Source: the human T2T-CHM13v2.0 reference genome, Homo sapiens | Strand: one strand, 5' to 3' | DNA length: 64,000 nt | NCBI RefSeq assembly: GCF_009914755.1 | Contig: NC_060926.1 | Part shown: piece after piece, positions 28,541 to 42,451 of the stretch | Position numbering within the stretch: position 1 is the stretch's first letter | Layout: each line of letters starts with the position of its first letter | Notes under the pieces: model-generated | The model's input: the letters and a program-made list of their open reading frames with translations, nothing else | What the model was told of the DNA's origin: nothing | Database searches by the model: none | Made by a program: the position numbers and the translations under genes

Positions 28541-29041
28541 GGTCACACAGCTACTAAGGTCACACAGCTACTAAGTGGCTAAGTGAGAATCCCAGCCTGG
28601 GTGGCTTGGTCCTAGGACTGTGTTCCTCACCACCTCTTGCTTCGGCCTCCTGCCACAGAATGCCCAGACTGGCCTGTGCCTGCTCATCGTCTTAACTCCT
28701 TTCTTGAAAACGTTTCAATTAATTTCAACCTGGATAGATAGCTCTGTCTTTACACGAAGTAAGATTCCCTTATACATGCTTGCTTTAGAGATAACCTTAC
28801 TTGAATATATGAACTACTGAAGGATCTGAAATATAAAAATTCATAATTTCAAAATCAAATCAATTACCTAGTTGATATTCTGTGGAATTTTCTGTTTCTT
28901 CAGTAGACAGCATGAACAAATATGAGTGTGAACAATGCAAGTTATTTTTGTACAAAGATTTATGAGATGATTTAAAAGATTACAACCATTAAACATTTAT
29001 TTTAACATTGTCAGTATGCTTCACTTCAAAATATACTGTAC

Positions 29042-29183
29042 CTGTCAAAAATCAAGTTTAAAACAGGGCGTGAATAATGAAGAGGTCCCCAAATGGCACT
29101 CTCATATCTGTACACCCTTGTTTTTCTCAGATCAACGTAATTATTTCCACTGATATTACCCCAAATGATCACGTCTTTAATGT
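29042..29183 (-). CDS. MDH1B: MDH1B coding exon 6 ([18 protein letters not shown]…NLIFD)
   Basis: Acceptor CACAG; donor GTACAG; 142 nt; aligns with MDH1 VKNVIIWGNHS. Confidence 0.94.
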
Positions 29184-31406
29184 CTGTGAAGAATAGAAAG
29201 TTTAGAAAAATAATAATAATGTATGTTAATATAAAAAATTGCCTGAAGCCTATTTTTTGTTTGCGTGCATGTTTGTTTTAGGATTGGTCTTTTTGGTATA
29301 AAATGAATCTAGGTTTATGATTCCTAAAATTGTGCAAATTGTGTGGATCACCTCCCTAACTGTCATAGTTTGGCAGTCCCTAATAATGTTCTATGAATGG
29401 TATGGTGTATAATTAAATTAAAGAAATAATGAAATGTTCCTTGAAAGAAACTGCTACTGAAAATTATTTCACTGGTGTTTGTCCTGACTTTGCTTACCAT
29501 TGAGAGAGAGAGAGGTGGAGAGAGAGTGAGTGAGAGGTCAAGAGAGGTGAGGGAGAAAGGACTTTTTAATATGCTTTGGTTTTTCACAAGGAGTTCTTGT
29601 TCTAGACTAGAATAGAAATTAGGGCAAATCATTTAACTCTCTGATGGGTTTCATCTCTGGCAAAATGAGGATATTGTAAGAGGACCCTGGGCAACATCTT
29701 AGTCAACAGATAGTTATGAATTCTATTCTATGTGTGAGACACCTCTAGGTACCAGGTTTAGAAGAAAACAAATCAGCCCAAATCCTTACAACATTCTAGG
29801 GGTGGTGGGAAGTGGATGAGAAAACAACTATTATACAAAGCGATACATGCTAAGAAGTAAAATAAGACCATAGTGGTTAGAGAGAAATAGGCATTGGCAT
29901 TCAATATGATTTTATCATTGTTAACTGTCTAGGAATGTTGTATGAAAACTTTAAATAAATAATTTTATTTACTTATTTAACTTATTTGCCTAAAAACTTA
30001 ATCACTTTTAAGTCCACACCACTTCTTACTGTGGAGATTAACTTCTTCCCTCTTCTCCTGTATAAGATTGCTTTTGTCTTCAACTAACAGAATATCCTAC
30101 TGACTTGTCTTAACTAGAAGGACTACTTTTCTCAGGTAATTCATGGTAGGCAGTGACATGTGCTGGTTCAGCAGCTCAGAGATGTGATTCTCTTGGCCTT
30201 CCCCTCATGATCATAAAATGGCTGCAGCAGCTCCAACTATCACCCTCTGTCACACAGTTGTGTTCAAGTATTACCCTAACACAGTTGTGTTCAAGGGCAG
30301 GCAATAGGGAAAAGGATGGGGTAGAAGCTTCCTCTTTTGCCTTTTCTCTTTTCAAAAAGTGAAATATTCTTCCCAGGGGACCCCAAATAGACTATATCAC
30401 TCAACCACTCCTAGTTGCAATGAAGCTAAGAAAAGGGATGATTGTTTGAGCCTCTATAGTAGAGAGAGGCTAGCAGAAGAGAGCAGGAAACAGATTTTCG
30501 GTAGCCCACCATCACTGTCTACCTTTGTCCTGTGAGATTCCCGCCCCCATCGGAATGATTCCTGCAGTAGGAATAGCTAGTTCTCCCTCCACCACCCAAC
30601 TCTCAGGGGAGTTAGTGATGTGCTCCCGGGTCCCTCAGCTGCAGGTTGTAGGAGGGTGGGGAGGGTGGGAGTCAGGGTTTGGAGCTCATAGGATCCCACA
30701 TGGGGAAAATAATTCTTGGGCCAGGTAAGCATATGGTAGGCTTCCTTCCTACAGCCTAAAGAACCCTTTTAATTGTGCTGGGTTTCATTTTTCTTATCAG
30801 CTTTGAGGCCCTTGATAGCTCTAAACATCCCAAATTATGCTACAGAGAATGATAGTGGACATCTGCTTTCTTCCCTCTTGGCATGAATTTCCCCTCCTCC
30901 TTTTTTTTTTTTTTCATTAAGAGCATCCTGATTCTTCTTTAAATAACTACTCCTTCTCCAGTGTCAGTCCCTATCTGTCGGGTGGGACTGTCCTCACGCC
31001 TTAGGTCCACCTATAGGCATTAGATGCAGATTCCACCCACCCACCCCCTGCCCCTGGCCATGATGATTGATTTAGAGATGGGCATGCAGTCCAAGCCTGG
31101 ACGAGGAGTTTGTATTCCTTTTTGCACAAACAATTGGGAAAGAAAGCCCTCATTCTCCTGGGGTACGTAAACTACAAGCATGTGAGTCTGGGATGCCAGT
31201 GACCATTCTGCCACCTTTTAGGGCTGAACTGAGAAGATCAACACAGAGAGCAGAGCAGAGGGATAGGCCAGCAGAGAGAGCACAGGTATGTCCTGGCACC
31301 ACCGTTTGAGCCCCAGCATCCAGCTATGTCTGAAATAAGAACTACCTCCTGTGTTTTTCAGTTATGTGGGGAAAAAAGTTCTCTACTTGACTTCAATCAC
31401 TTTGTA

Positions 31407-31552
31407 TTTTTTTGAGTCAAGGTCCTTCTCTGTTGGCCAGGCTCACTGCAGCCTCATGGCTCACTTGCAGCCTCAAACTCCTGTGCTTAAGTGATCCTCC
31501 CGCCTCAGCCTCCCAAGTAGCTGGAATTACAGGTGTGAGCCATGGTACCTGG
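31407..31552 (-). mobile_element. Alu monomer (FLAM/FAM-like) inside an MLT1-like LTR
   Basis: Single Alu arm …gtgatcctcccgcctcagcctcccaagtagctgg…. Confidence 0.65.
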
Positions 31553-32589
31553 TGACTTCAGTCACCGTGAGTTGACTTTTTTGCAACAGAAGGAGTCCTG
31601 ACGAGCCAATACACATGGTCTGATAAATAGTGATTTATGAACTGAACTTAGGGGTTATCATGAATCTTGCTTTTCTGAAAAGGTTTGCCACCCTCTTGGC
31701 ATCTAGAATAATCCCTGAATCATTTCCTTGGTGGTTTTTCTCTTTCATGATGTTTTGCTCAACTTTGGTCATTGCTGGCTGTCTCTTTGCTGCCTCACTG
31801 ACAATTCTACTTGGACTCTGTCCCTCTAATGCCTTTTTCCTTTTACCAACTTTCCTCCATTTTTCTTTTTTCTGCTTCTCACATGCTTATTGGATTTGAG
31901 TAGAGTGGAGCTTAGAGTCATGGCACCAGCAGACCCACAAGACAGCAGCTTTCTGGCTGAAAGCCCCCAACCCCCCTCAACCCCACACCCCACCCACACA
32001 TACACCTTGTTTTAGATTCTTCTTGATACTTTTCAGTAGTGTATCATAGACTTTCTGAGATAAGTCACTGTCTACACATATAATTATAAGGTTGATGACA
32101 GAGATAAAATAGAAAAAAGTTTTCATTTCCTTCTGAATAATTTTAGCATCAATTTGGTTGAGTGTTGTAGTGACTGTGGGGATAAAATACTAAAGATATG
32201 TATGCAAGAATACCGGAAATTATTATTTACAGTTTCATTGTAACAAAAAAGAAAATATAGCTCTGGCTATAATGTTAGGGGTTCACTGAAGCCTAATTGT
32301 CCTAACTGGGAACATTCTAGGCTCACATTTCATTGTCTTTCCAATTTTGCTTGAGAGAATGCCTGTCATCTCCTTCCCTTCTCAATGGACACTGTTGCAC
32401 CTGCTCCATCTAAGGGCAAAAGTAGCTAAAATATGTCCAATATTATCTCCCTTTTCAAATACAACAATCCATTTTCTGATCTAGTCTCATCTTCTCATCT
32501 TCCTATGATTCTGATATTTACCATTCAAAGATTAATAGGAGCAGAAACCGATCAGATATCATAATCCTATTGATAAGTTTAACATCCTT

Positions 32590-32780
32590 AGAAATGTTTA
32601 TTATGTGCCATACACTCTTCTTAGCACTTTAGGAATACATCTCATTGAATCCCCACATCAATTCTAGGAGATAGGCACTGTTAACGTCCTCATTTTACAG
32701 ATGAGGAAACTGACGCACTGAAAGACTAAATGACGGCTCAAGATCATACGGGTGGGAAGTAGGGCAGAGCCACTTGCACA
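32590..32780. mobile_element. MIR
   Basis: MIR core cattttacagatgaggaaactga. Confidence 0.75.
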
Positions 32781-33115
32781 TAGTTTTGATTTTTTTTAAA
32801 ACACTGGTTATCTTAATTGACTATTACCATGGGAAAAATGGAATACGATGTGTCACATTATCACCTGAATAATATAAATTGTATCTTATTAAATATTTAT
32901 TGATTTTTATAATGATGGAAAAAGCCAGACACAAAAGCCAGTAAAAAAAAATGTTTGCACAGTAGTCAAATCACACAATAAGTTCTTTATGTCTGTTTTA
33001 TACTTCCTATTCCAGATACTCAGAATGTTCCTAGAGGGGACAGTGTTCTTCCTAGCTGCTTTGAAATCATGTTGTTTCAAAATAAAAACAAAAACATAAA
33101 GAGACATTCACTCAC

Positions 33116-33612
33116 ATGAAGGAGCTGTCTTCAGTTTTCTGGCCAGTATGGCTTTCGCTTCACCTTCCACCCCCAGCGCCACAGCAATAATGTTGTGTGC
33201 AATGCGTGGGGCATATCTCATGAGTAAAACTGTCTTCAGGTTTACAAAGGTTCTCCCTCCCACGATGACTCTGACAGACTCATGAGCATTTTTCTCTATC
33301 AGGTACCCATAGAGCCTGCAGAGAGGCACCCTGCTTCGGAGGCAGTCCTCCAGAGTGAACACCTCCTTGTTGGTGCTGTCATCCAGCACCACAATGACGT
33401 GGGCCTGGCGGAAGGCCTCCTCCACCTTCGTGCAGATGGAGACACTGCGCAGGACGGGAGATGCCAGGTCTTGGGTCTCCACCACAAGGCTTTTGAGATG
33501 TTCTTCCGCCTGCTTGTTGTCAAATAGAGTTATGCTAATTTCTGTATGCATCCCAAACACTTCGCCACTCGTCAATATGGGAATTAGGTTGTAGCAGGCA
33601 GGAGCAGAGGCA
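33116..33612 (-). CDS. MDH1B: MDH1B coding exon 5 ([12 protein letters not shown]…ARKLKTAPS)
   Basis: Acceptor TTATCAG; donor GTGAGT; 497 nt; core of track ORF 33108-33635; Rossmann-like MDH region. Confidence 0.96.
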
Positions 33613-35004
33613 CTGATAAAAATGCAAAGCCGCATTGTGAATAGTTATATCCTTTGTCCCTTTTAAGCCTTTATTCTTAATAGATATTTCTGCATGTGCA
33701 TCAATAGGGTGGTTTAATATTTAAATAAGCACACACATAGCTGCCCTGACATTCTAAGGCTAGAAGTCAAAAGTAGAACAAAAACTTCTCACTACCAATC
33801 CCTTGCTCTGGCCATCTGAAATCAGTCCCCAAATAAGAAATATACCTGTTTATTAGGTTTTTCAAAGAAAACAGAATTCCCCCTATGCAGAAATCAAAAT
33901 TAAAAAACTATTATATTACTGTAATTATGTGTTTATATTTCCTCCTAAAAAGATAAAGATGTAAGTTTCAGTTAGCCATAGCTCTTTTTTAAAAAATACA
34001 ACCTCATCTACACAATAATGACTTTTTTTTTTTTTTTGGAAAGGGCTATCTTTTCCAAATTCTTACACAGAAAAATCCTTACAAAGATGGTGGGATCAAC
34101 ATAGGCTATGTAAGGTGTATCTGTAGCCACAATTCTGCAGTTGTCTACAGCTGTGACTATCAGCTGTGAACTGTAATGCCCACCATGGGAAGTTCAGAAA
34201 TGCATCCGGGCATTTCTGGTATTCACAGTGGGTTTGGGGAGGTGTATAATGGGGGTTTCAACAGTATCTGTACCGATTTAATCCTTTGAAACATCTAAAG
34301 AAGATGTGATAGTTATTAAATCTGGGTTATAGGATCATGGATGTTTATTACATCATTCTCAATTCCTTTCTGTATTTAAAATATTTCATAATAACAATTT
34401 TAAAAATGAGTATATATTAGGATACACATGCACGTAAGAGCAGGAAAAGTGCAAAAGACAAACTGAGGGGTGAGGAAAGGAGAAGGGGAGGGAGAGAGAG
34501 AGCAAGAGAGACAGAGAGACAGTGCAGAGAAAGAAAGAGAGAGAGTATGACAACAAAGACTGCATGTGCCCAGACTGGGAGCAAAGTGGAGCACACATGA
34601 GAAGGAGAAAAGCAAAGGGGAGCAAGGCGAGGGGAGTGGGGTTACAGAGAGGGAGTGGGTGCATAGAGAAAAGGCAAAGAAAGCTCTAGCACGTGGGAAA
34701 GAGGGAGAGAGCAACAGTCAGAGAGGGTGAGCTTCTGCAAAGCAGCCATGCTATAGAGTTGTTTTTAGACCAAGTGACTGTGTTTGTGTCTATAAAACAT
34801 AAAACTCATTTATGAGTTATATGGAGGATACAAACACACACACACAGAGATGCATATGTATATGTGTATACATATAAGTATACATACACACAAATTTCAA
34901 ACCTGACATTCAGGTATTCTTCCATCATGAAATTAATCCCATCTCATTGTCCTTTCTAAATATAAAAAGTAAATCTCATGAATCCTGGGATTTGACTGTC
35001 CCAC

Positions 35005-35147
35005 CTGGTGATCCAGACCTGCAAGGGGTTGATGCAAGTTTTCAGGGCTTCTTCCTCCTGCTCTTTTTCTATATGTGCCCCCAGGTTCTCTTGAGCAATT
35101 ACCATCATCAGTTCAGTCGTCATGCTAGAGGTGACATCATAGTAAAG
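35005..35147 (-). CDS. MDH1B: MDH1B coding exon 4 (LYYDVTSSM…NPLQVWIT)
   Basis: Acceptor TTTAG; donor GTGGGA; 143 nt, phase 0/2. Confidence 0.93.
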
Positions 35148-35343
35148 CTAAATATTGGGAGAGAAAAAGTCAATATCAGAGAATAGATAACTAGTTGAAA
35201 TTGGCTATAATGGAAAGTTTTTGTTTAAAGTCAAAAGACAATAAAAAGAGACATGAGAGAATGTCTCAGAAAGCAAGATATTTGAAAAATAAAATAATGT
35301 AAGAGAATTATCATTATTAGAACAGATAAGTTAACTTATATAC

Positions 35344-35478
35344 CTGAGCATGCTCCAGGAACTCATTATATCCTCCCAAAAGCAAACCCTTTCCTCCACG
35401 ATCCAACAGCTCTCTCCAGATGATAGGGGAATTCTTGTGACTCCACTTATTCTTTTCACACACATCTTTTAGCCAATC
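35344..35478 (-). CDS. MDH1B: MDH1B coding exon 3 (DWLKDVCEK…[11 protein letters not shown])
   Basis: Acceptor CAACAG; donor GTATAT; 135 nt, phase 0/0. Confidence 0.94.
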
Positions 35479-36591
35479 CTGTTGAATGATATCCCAAGTG
35501 AAGTCATATATTAAATCTGCCTGAGAATTCAATTTCATACTTTAGAATTCAAACATTAAAATACTAGGTTGCTTTTAATGTCACTATATACACATAATAT
35601 AATTTAGATATCTTCAAAGAGTAAAATGTAAATATAGAAAATAGTGATGTTAGTAACAGATTAATTAGATAAGAAAGCATATTCTTCAAATTAATTGACC
35701 AAATAAAGGTACTGAAAGTTGCTCTTTTTGCTGAGGAGACCTGGAATCCAAGTGTTTAGCTTAAAGAGAGGTCACATGTTCCAACTCAACTGATTTTTAA
35801 AAAAATTCAACTAGTTTTGCCCTTATTCTTTTACACATGCAATATTTCCAGTCTTAGGGGCATATAAAACTTGATACTTTTTTTAAAATCTGTGAGTGTG
35901 GTTTATGTAGTTCAGACTAAATTAATAAGCTAAAAGTTATTTGGAGATTTCCGACAATATTTATCAGAAAAAATTTAAATTATCATTATCTGATTTATAT
36001 AGGCTAGGCCTTCCAATGACAAGATCTGAGTACAGTCAAACAGAAACATTTTTATCAGCAAAGTACATGGCAGCAGTCTTAAAAACCACGTCATTGGAGG
36101 CATGGGTAATGAGGCCACCTTACCAATAAAATCCTGGAAACTGATTTCCTTGCTAATATTGAAGATCTGCCTGCCTTTATCTCACTTAAAGCAAACAATG
36201 CTGCTATGAGGATTCCAACACGGTCCCTCTAGCCACAGCATAGCCAGACCAGTGAACTACTGGGCCCATGAAGGAAAGAGACATTACCCCAAAAAACCTT
36301 CTGCACCCTGCAAAGCATGTTAATGTCCCAGCAGGAGCTGCAAGGGCATGTACAAGACTGGACCCTTACAGTGCTGAATCAAGAGTGGAACATGAAGTTA
36401 GACAAGGGAGAATTTATTAGTATGAATCACTTTTCGGCAATTCAAGAGTGTATACCCTGGCAAGGACCTCAGAAGACAGGGACAACATGTTGCCAGACTG
36501 GCTCTTAGAAACTTGGAGAGAGTAATTAAATAAAATAGAAATGCCAGACTTCATGGAAGACGGTAGAAGAATGGATCAAAAGACTAGTGAT

Positions 36592-36898
<307 letters not shown>

Positions 36899-37068
36899 CT
36901 AGTGAACGTGGTACTATGGAAGGCTAGAAAGCCCGCCATTCAACCATGTTCTCTGGAAGGGATTGGAGGATACAACATGCACCTAAGTGATAAGGAATGC
37001 ACTGGTGAGAGGGGTCCTGGTGTCACTGAGGAGCCCAGTGTGGCTGTCCGTTCTAGGCCAAGGCTGTT

Positions 37069-37824
37069 TGTTTTTTTTTTTTTTCTTTATTTAAACTTCT
37101 ATTTTAAGTTCAGGGGTACAAGTGCAGTTTTGTTACATAGGTAAATTTGTGTCATGGGGGTTTGTTTTACAAATTATTTCATCACCCAGGTATTCAGCCT
37201 AGTGCCCGTTAGTTATTTCTCGTGATCTTCTTCCTCCTCCCACCCTCCACCCTCCGATAGGCCCCAGTGTGTGTTGTTTCCCTCCCTGTGTCCACGTGTT
37301 CTTATCATTTAGCCCCCACTTCTAAGTGAGAATATGTGGTATTTGGTTTTCTGTTCCTGTATTACTTTGCTAAGGATAATGATCTCCAGCTCCATCCATG
37401 TCCCTGCAAAGGACATGATCTCATTCCTTTTCGTGGCTGTGTAGTATTTCATGATGTATATGTACCACATTTTCTTTCTCCAGTCTATCATTGATAGGCA
37501 TTTGGGTTGATTCCATGTCTTTGCTATTGTGACTAGTGTTGCAATGAACATATGTGTGCATGTGTCTTTATAAAAGAATGATTTATATTTTCAGGGGTAT
37601 ATACACAGTAATGGGATTTTTGGGTTGAATGTTATTTCTATCTTTCTATGCTTCCACCAATAGCCTATAAGTGTTCCTTTTTCTCCACAACCTCGCCAGC
37701 ATCTGTTATTTTTTGACTTTTAAATAATAGTCATTCTGACCGGTATGAGATGGAATCTTATTGTGGTTTTGATTTGCATTTCTCTAATAACCTGCAATGT
37801 TGAGCATTTTTTCATATGATTGTA
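37069..37824 (-). mobile_element. 5'-truncated L1PA 3' end
   Basis: Poly(T) plus antisense L1 3' sequence; 12-bp TSD gccaaggctgtt (37057-37068 / 37825-37836). Confidence 0.9.
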
Positions 37825-39007
37825 GCCAAGGCTGTTAAAGGACATGCTGCCACACACCTGAACTCCCTGGCAATTGAGATGATAAAATCCTGAAACAATA
37901 GAGGCCAGTGGGCAGTGCCAACCAGACAACATTTATTGTGACAGAAGCACTACCAACCCAGCAGATGAGATAACTTAGCTGAAGACCAGACCAGCAGAGA
38001 GTGAGGGAAATCTATAATGGATGGTAGAGAAGAGAGGGAGAGAAAAGGTGATGACTGTCAGTTTGGCCCTGAAACTATGAGCAGTGGAGACTATAGTTCA
38101 TTTGACTATCCTTTCTCTTATCAAGTTTACCCAGGGAAAGATGGCAACCAGAATCCTGGAGGAGCTGTTCCAAGATGGTGTGAACTGATTATAGGGAGCA
38201 TGTGGATCCAAAAGGCACAACAGGTGAACTGTAGCCAGTGCTGTCATGTACACTCCAGGTTCCCCCTTCACAAATGAGGCACTCACTCTCCCAGGCACCT
38301 GGTGTATTAGAGGCTGATAACTTAAAGTCTGACTCCATTCTCTCTCTAGGAATTGACTTCAGCCAAAGCAAATTGCCCTGCCTAAGGTTAAGTTCCTTCC
38401 CAGGGGCAGCTGATATCCGATGGCTGGTTGAGGAGGGAGCACAAAAGCTCAGCTACCTTGCCTCAGTTTGGAATAATTCTGAAAGGCCATCAAGAGTTCA
38501 CTGTGGGATCCGCTGAGCCCTCTGTTGCAGCTATGTCAAACTTCAACTTCTCCCTTTACCCAATCCTGCCGCCCTCATTCCGTTTCAGGATGCTGTTCCC
38601 AAGACCACTTCCCAGTAAAGCCCCTTCACCAAAATCTACATCTCAAAGTCTGTTTCTGGGGAAACAGAGTCCCAAAGAAGGGTATCCCAAATAAGTCATT
38701 GGAAATCAATACCAAGGAGAATGAAAAGTTAACAAGTGCAGTGTAAGCTACCTGGATTCTTCAGGGGGTGCAGTCAAACTTATTCTACTTATTGATTAGG
38801 GTCTCATTTGTTCTACTAGGTATTAGGGAAAAAACATAAATATTATTTTGAGACTGGTAAGTAGGGACTTGTTTTACTAGTATTCAAATATCACTAGCAC
38901 ATGAACAGTCATTCCTAGAAGCCAGTCTAATACACCAGTTAATATTTAACCAAATTAAAACACATTTTGTGCATGAGTGAGTTCAACAAACTATAAAGGC
39001 TTCTTAC

Positions 39008-39120
39008 CTCCCAAACCTCAGGACGTTGTGTGATTTTATGTATCCGAAAATCAGGAAGATTCTTTTGTAAATAGTCTGCCACAAGTTCTGTTTTAGCATA
39101 ATATGGACAATCTGCTCTAC
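39008..39120 (-). CDS. MDH1B: MDH1B coding exon 2 ([18 protein letters not shown]…PEVWE)
   Basis: Acceptor TTTTAG; donor GTAAGA; 113 nt, phase 1/0. Confidence 0.94.
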
Positions 39121-39479
39121 CTAAAAGAGTTCAAATTAGCAATGTTTTCTTTCATCATGCAGAAATTATTATGTAGTTCTAAGTATTTGCTATGTAATTA
39201 CAGAATTAGTCATAGTTATGATATAATTTGATAACATAAAGTTGCAGTATAAACTGCTATTACATAAACTTCTGATGTTTATTAGATTAATACAAATAAA
39301 ATAAACTTCATAGGAGGTCAGAATCTTAAGTAACAAAATGTGGAAAGAAAAAAAACCCTACTGAATATTTATTCTTTTCTAGTAATATGCTAGACCTCAC
39401 TTCCTCTAGGAGGCTGCTAACTACTACTAATTCAGCATGAATTAGTACTGATAATGAACTACTCACTAATGGCCACCAA

Positions 39480-42100
39480 AAGGTAAAGTTTGAAGTGAGG
39501 AGTGGTGGTAAAGTCACTTTTGGATTTGATGTGTGTCAGGAAGTTGTGGGGGTGGGAAAGAAGAATCTGGGATAACTTCTATTTTCCGGCTTGGGCAGAT
39601 GATGCTGACCTTAACTAGAGAAAAATCATGAATGAGAAATTTAACTTTAGTCAAGTGCAGTTGGAGATATTTGTAGTGTGTCTAAGTGGATATGATCAGC
39701 AAGTAGCTGGATATATATGTATATGTATATGTACATGTATATGTATATGTATACATATATATGGGGTGCAGGTGCCATGTAAGGGTTTCAGACACACAAT
39801 TTGTAGCCATCAACACCCAGGAAGTTAAAGCCACTACAACAGATGGAATTGGGCATCTGATAGAGCAGGAGGGATGGGGAAAAATGCAGAGCCCTCTCTG
39901 TAGCATTCTTCCTCAGTTAAGATAACTTAACTCCTAAGTTACCAACCTGTCTGAAGCTACCCCTGTCTATCAGCCACCCTGTCTAGTTCAAATCTATGGT
40001 TCATCTCTTCAAACCACTTTCTGGTCCATGTCTTAAATTATCTTTCTCCACTATCCTTTTGGGAAATGAGCCTGATAAAAGCCCCTTATCCTGGATGAAC
40101 TCAATTACTTGCCTTTTCTGTAGCTGGGTCCTACCTGCTAGCCACCACTACAGAAACATTGTAGAACCAAGCGGAGGGCACCTTTAAAATTCATGGTCAC
40201 CAGCTTTAATTGGCCCTCAACCCTGCGTGGAGATCCCTCTGTTTCCCTTATCAGCACTCTCTTCTGTTCTCCTCATTACTATTCCAGTCTTTTTCCTCTT
40301 CCTCCAAATCTTTTCCTTCTCCCCAACATTCCTCTGCATTATCAGAACACAACAGACAACTTTGCTTTTTACTTTACAAAAACCAACCCAAACAAAACAA
40401 AATGGCATTAGTTTGGAAAATCTCCAACCTCGTCCATCACATCTACATGCCTGTCTGTACTTGGACTCATCCTTTCCTCCTTTCTTCATTTCAATGGAAG
40501 AGGAGTCCTACCTCCTGTCTAATCTAATCCCACCACTTATGCTCTGAATCCCATCCTCATCTGCCTTCATAGGAACCTTGCTTAGTTAATTATCCTCTCT
40601 TTCTAGAGTCTTGTATCTGTTTCTAATAGTCCCTTTCTGTCATATTTAAATATACTCATTACATTATGTTTCTCCTGTCCTAAGAGACAAAAAACTCATC
40701 TCCCCCTCTAGCTATTGCCTTTCGTATGTCCTTTTTGATCAAAATATCTTGAAAGAGTTCCCTATATTTGCCATCCTCAGTTCTTCACTTCCATTTATTT
40801 CTCATCCACTGCAATGTAGCAGACCCCACAATTCTCTTGAAGGTCACTGAAGACTTCCATGCCACTAAATCCAGCAGATACTTTCCGATCCTTTTCTTGT
40901 TGACCCTTGGCAGCATTTGCCACCACTGCCCCCTTCCAGGCTTTTGAAACACTGCTATAGTGGGGGCATTCTCCCAGTTCTCCTATTCTATGGTCACTCC
41001 TTTCTATCCTTTGTAGGTTTCCATTCCTTTATCAACCCATTAAAAGGTATCATTCTGAGAAGCATCTTGTCTTTATAACTTACATATTCTTTTTGGCCAA
41101 TCTGCTTCATTCCCTTGGCTTCAAGTAGCAATCTATATTTCCAGCTCAGATCTCCTTATCTAGATGCCTACACCCTCCTGTATTTTCCCATCTCCTTCAA
41201 AATGTCTCATAGACACTCAGAAGGTCTATGATGTATTTTGTCACCATTCCCCTACTAAATGTGCTTAGTCGCTTATATTTATTATGTCCATCTCCCTAAT
41301 TATCTAAGAGTAGTAAGAGTATCCAGAGTATTAAACCTACTCATCCGCTTTTTTTTTTTTTCAGTGACTCCTAATCTCTGCAATTATTCAAACCTCTGCT
41401 TGGGAACAATGTTTAACTCCTTTTTCTCCCTTATCTGCCCTCCTCCAGTCAATTAGACATCCAGTTCTATAGATTCTGCCTCCCTAATATCTCTCCAATC
41501 CATTCACTTCTCTCCATCTCCATTGTTTGCCACTCTAGGCCAGGTCACAATCAACTCCCTCCTGGACTATAGCACTAGTCTCCTAACTGGTTTCTTGGTA
41601 TCCAGTCTTTTTGTCCCACACTATAGCCGTAACATTCAGATAAAATTCAGATTTGATTAGGCCCTCCTCCCCTTCTAAAAACCTTTCATGTACTCTGGAT
41701 AAAGTCTAAACTACTGAATGTGGCTCAAAAGAATCTACATTATCTAACTCTAGCCTCACCTTATGAAATTCTCTTCCTTGTACTATTTGCTTCAGTCCTA
41801 ATAAACTTATTTCAATTTTATACTTATTTTATATTCTCAATTGTCACCAAACTAGTTCTCCTTGCTCTAACCCCACTCCCAGTTACCCATGCCTAAATTG
41901 CTCCCCTCCTTTCTACCTCTTCTCTGTTAGGTAATTCATTATCATCTTTCAGGTATCTGCTTAAAATCTCTCCCTCTGGGAAACCCTTACCTGATTAAGT
42001 AAGGTCCCCTGCTATCGTTCCTATAGAACCCTGCCCTGTCAGTGTCATACATGCAACATTCTCTGTGTGTTTTCCACTGACTTCCCACCATGTGGTTAGT
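39480..42100. mobile_element. L2 remnants with an embedded (TATATG)n microsatellite at ~39711-39762
   Basis: L2-like pyrimidine-rich motifs (ccattcacttctctccatctcc, ctcctaactgg); boundaries approximate. Confidence 0.6.
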
Positions 42101-42123
42101 CAGTGTTCAAAAATATTCTTCTG

Positions 42124-42451
<328 letters not shown>

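Noticed and set aside
31630-31930. Purine-rich stretch open on both strands, possibly a hidden exon or retrocopy
   Set aside because: No recognisable protein; the composition resembles degraded L2; the MDH1B CDS is complete without it
34460-34730. GA-rich tract with two long minus-strand ORFs
   Set aside because: Low-complexity purine repeat; the ORFs are compositional artefacts
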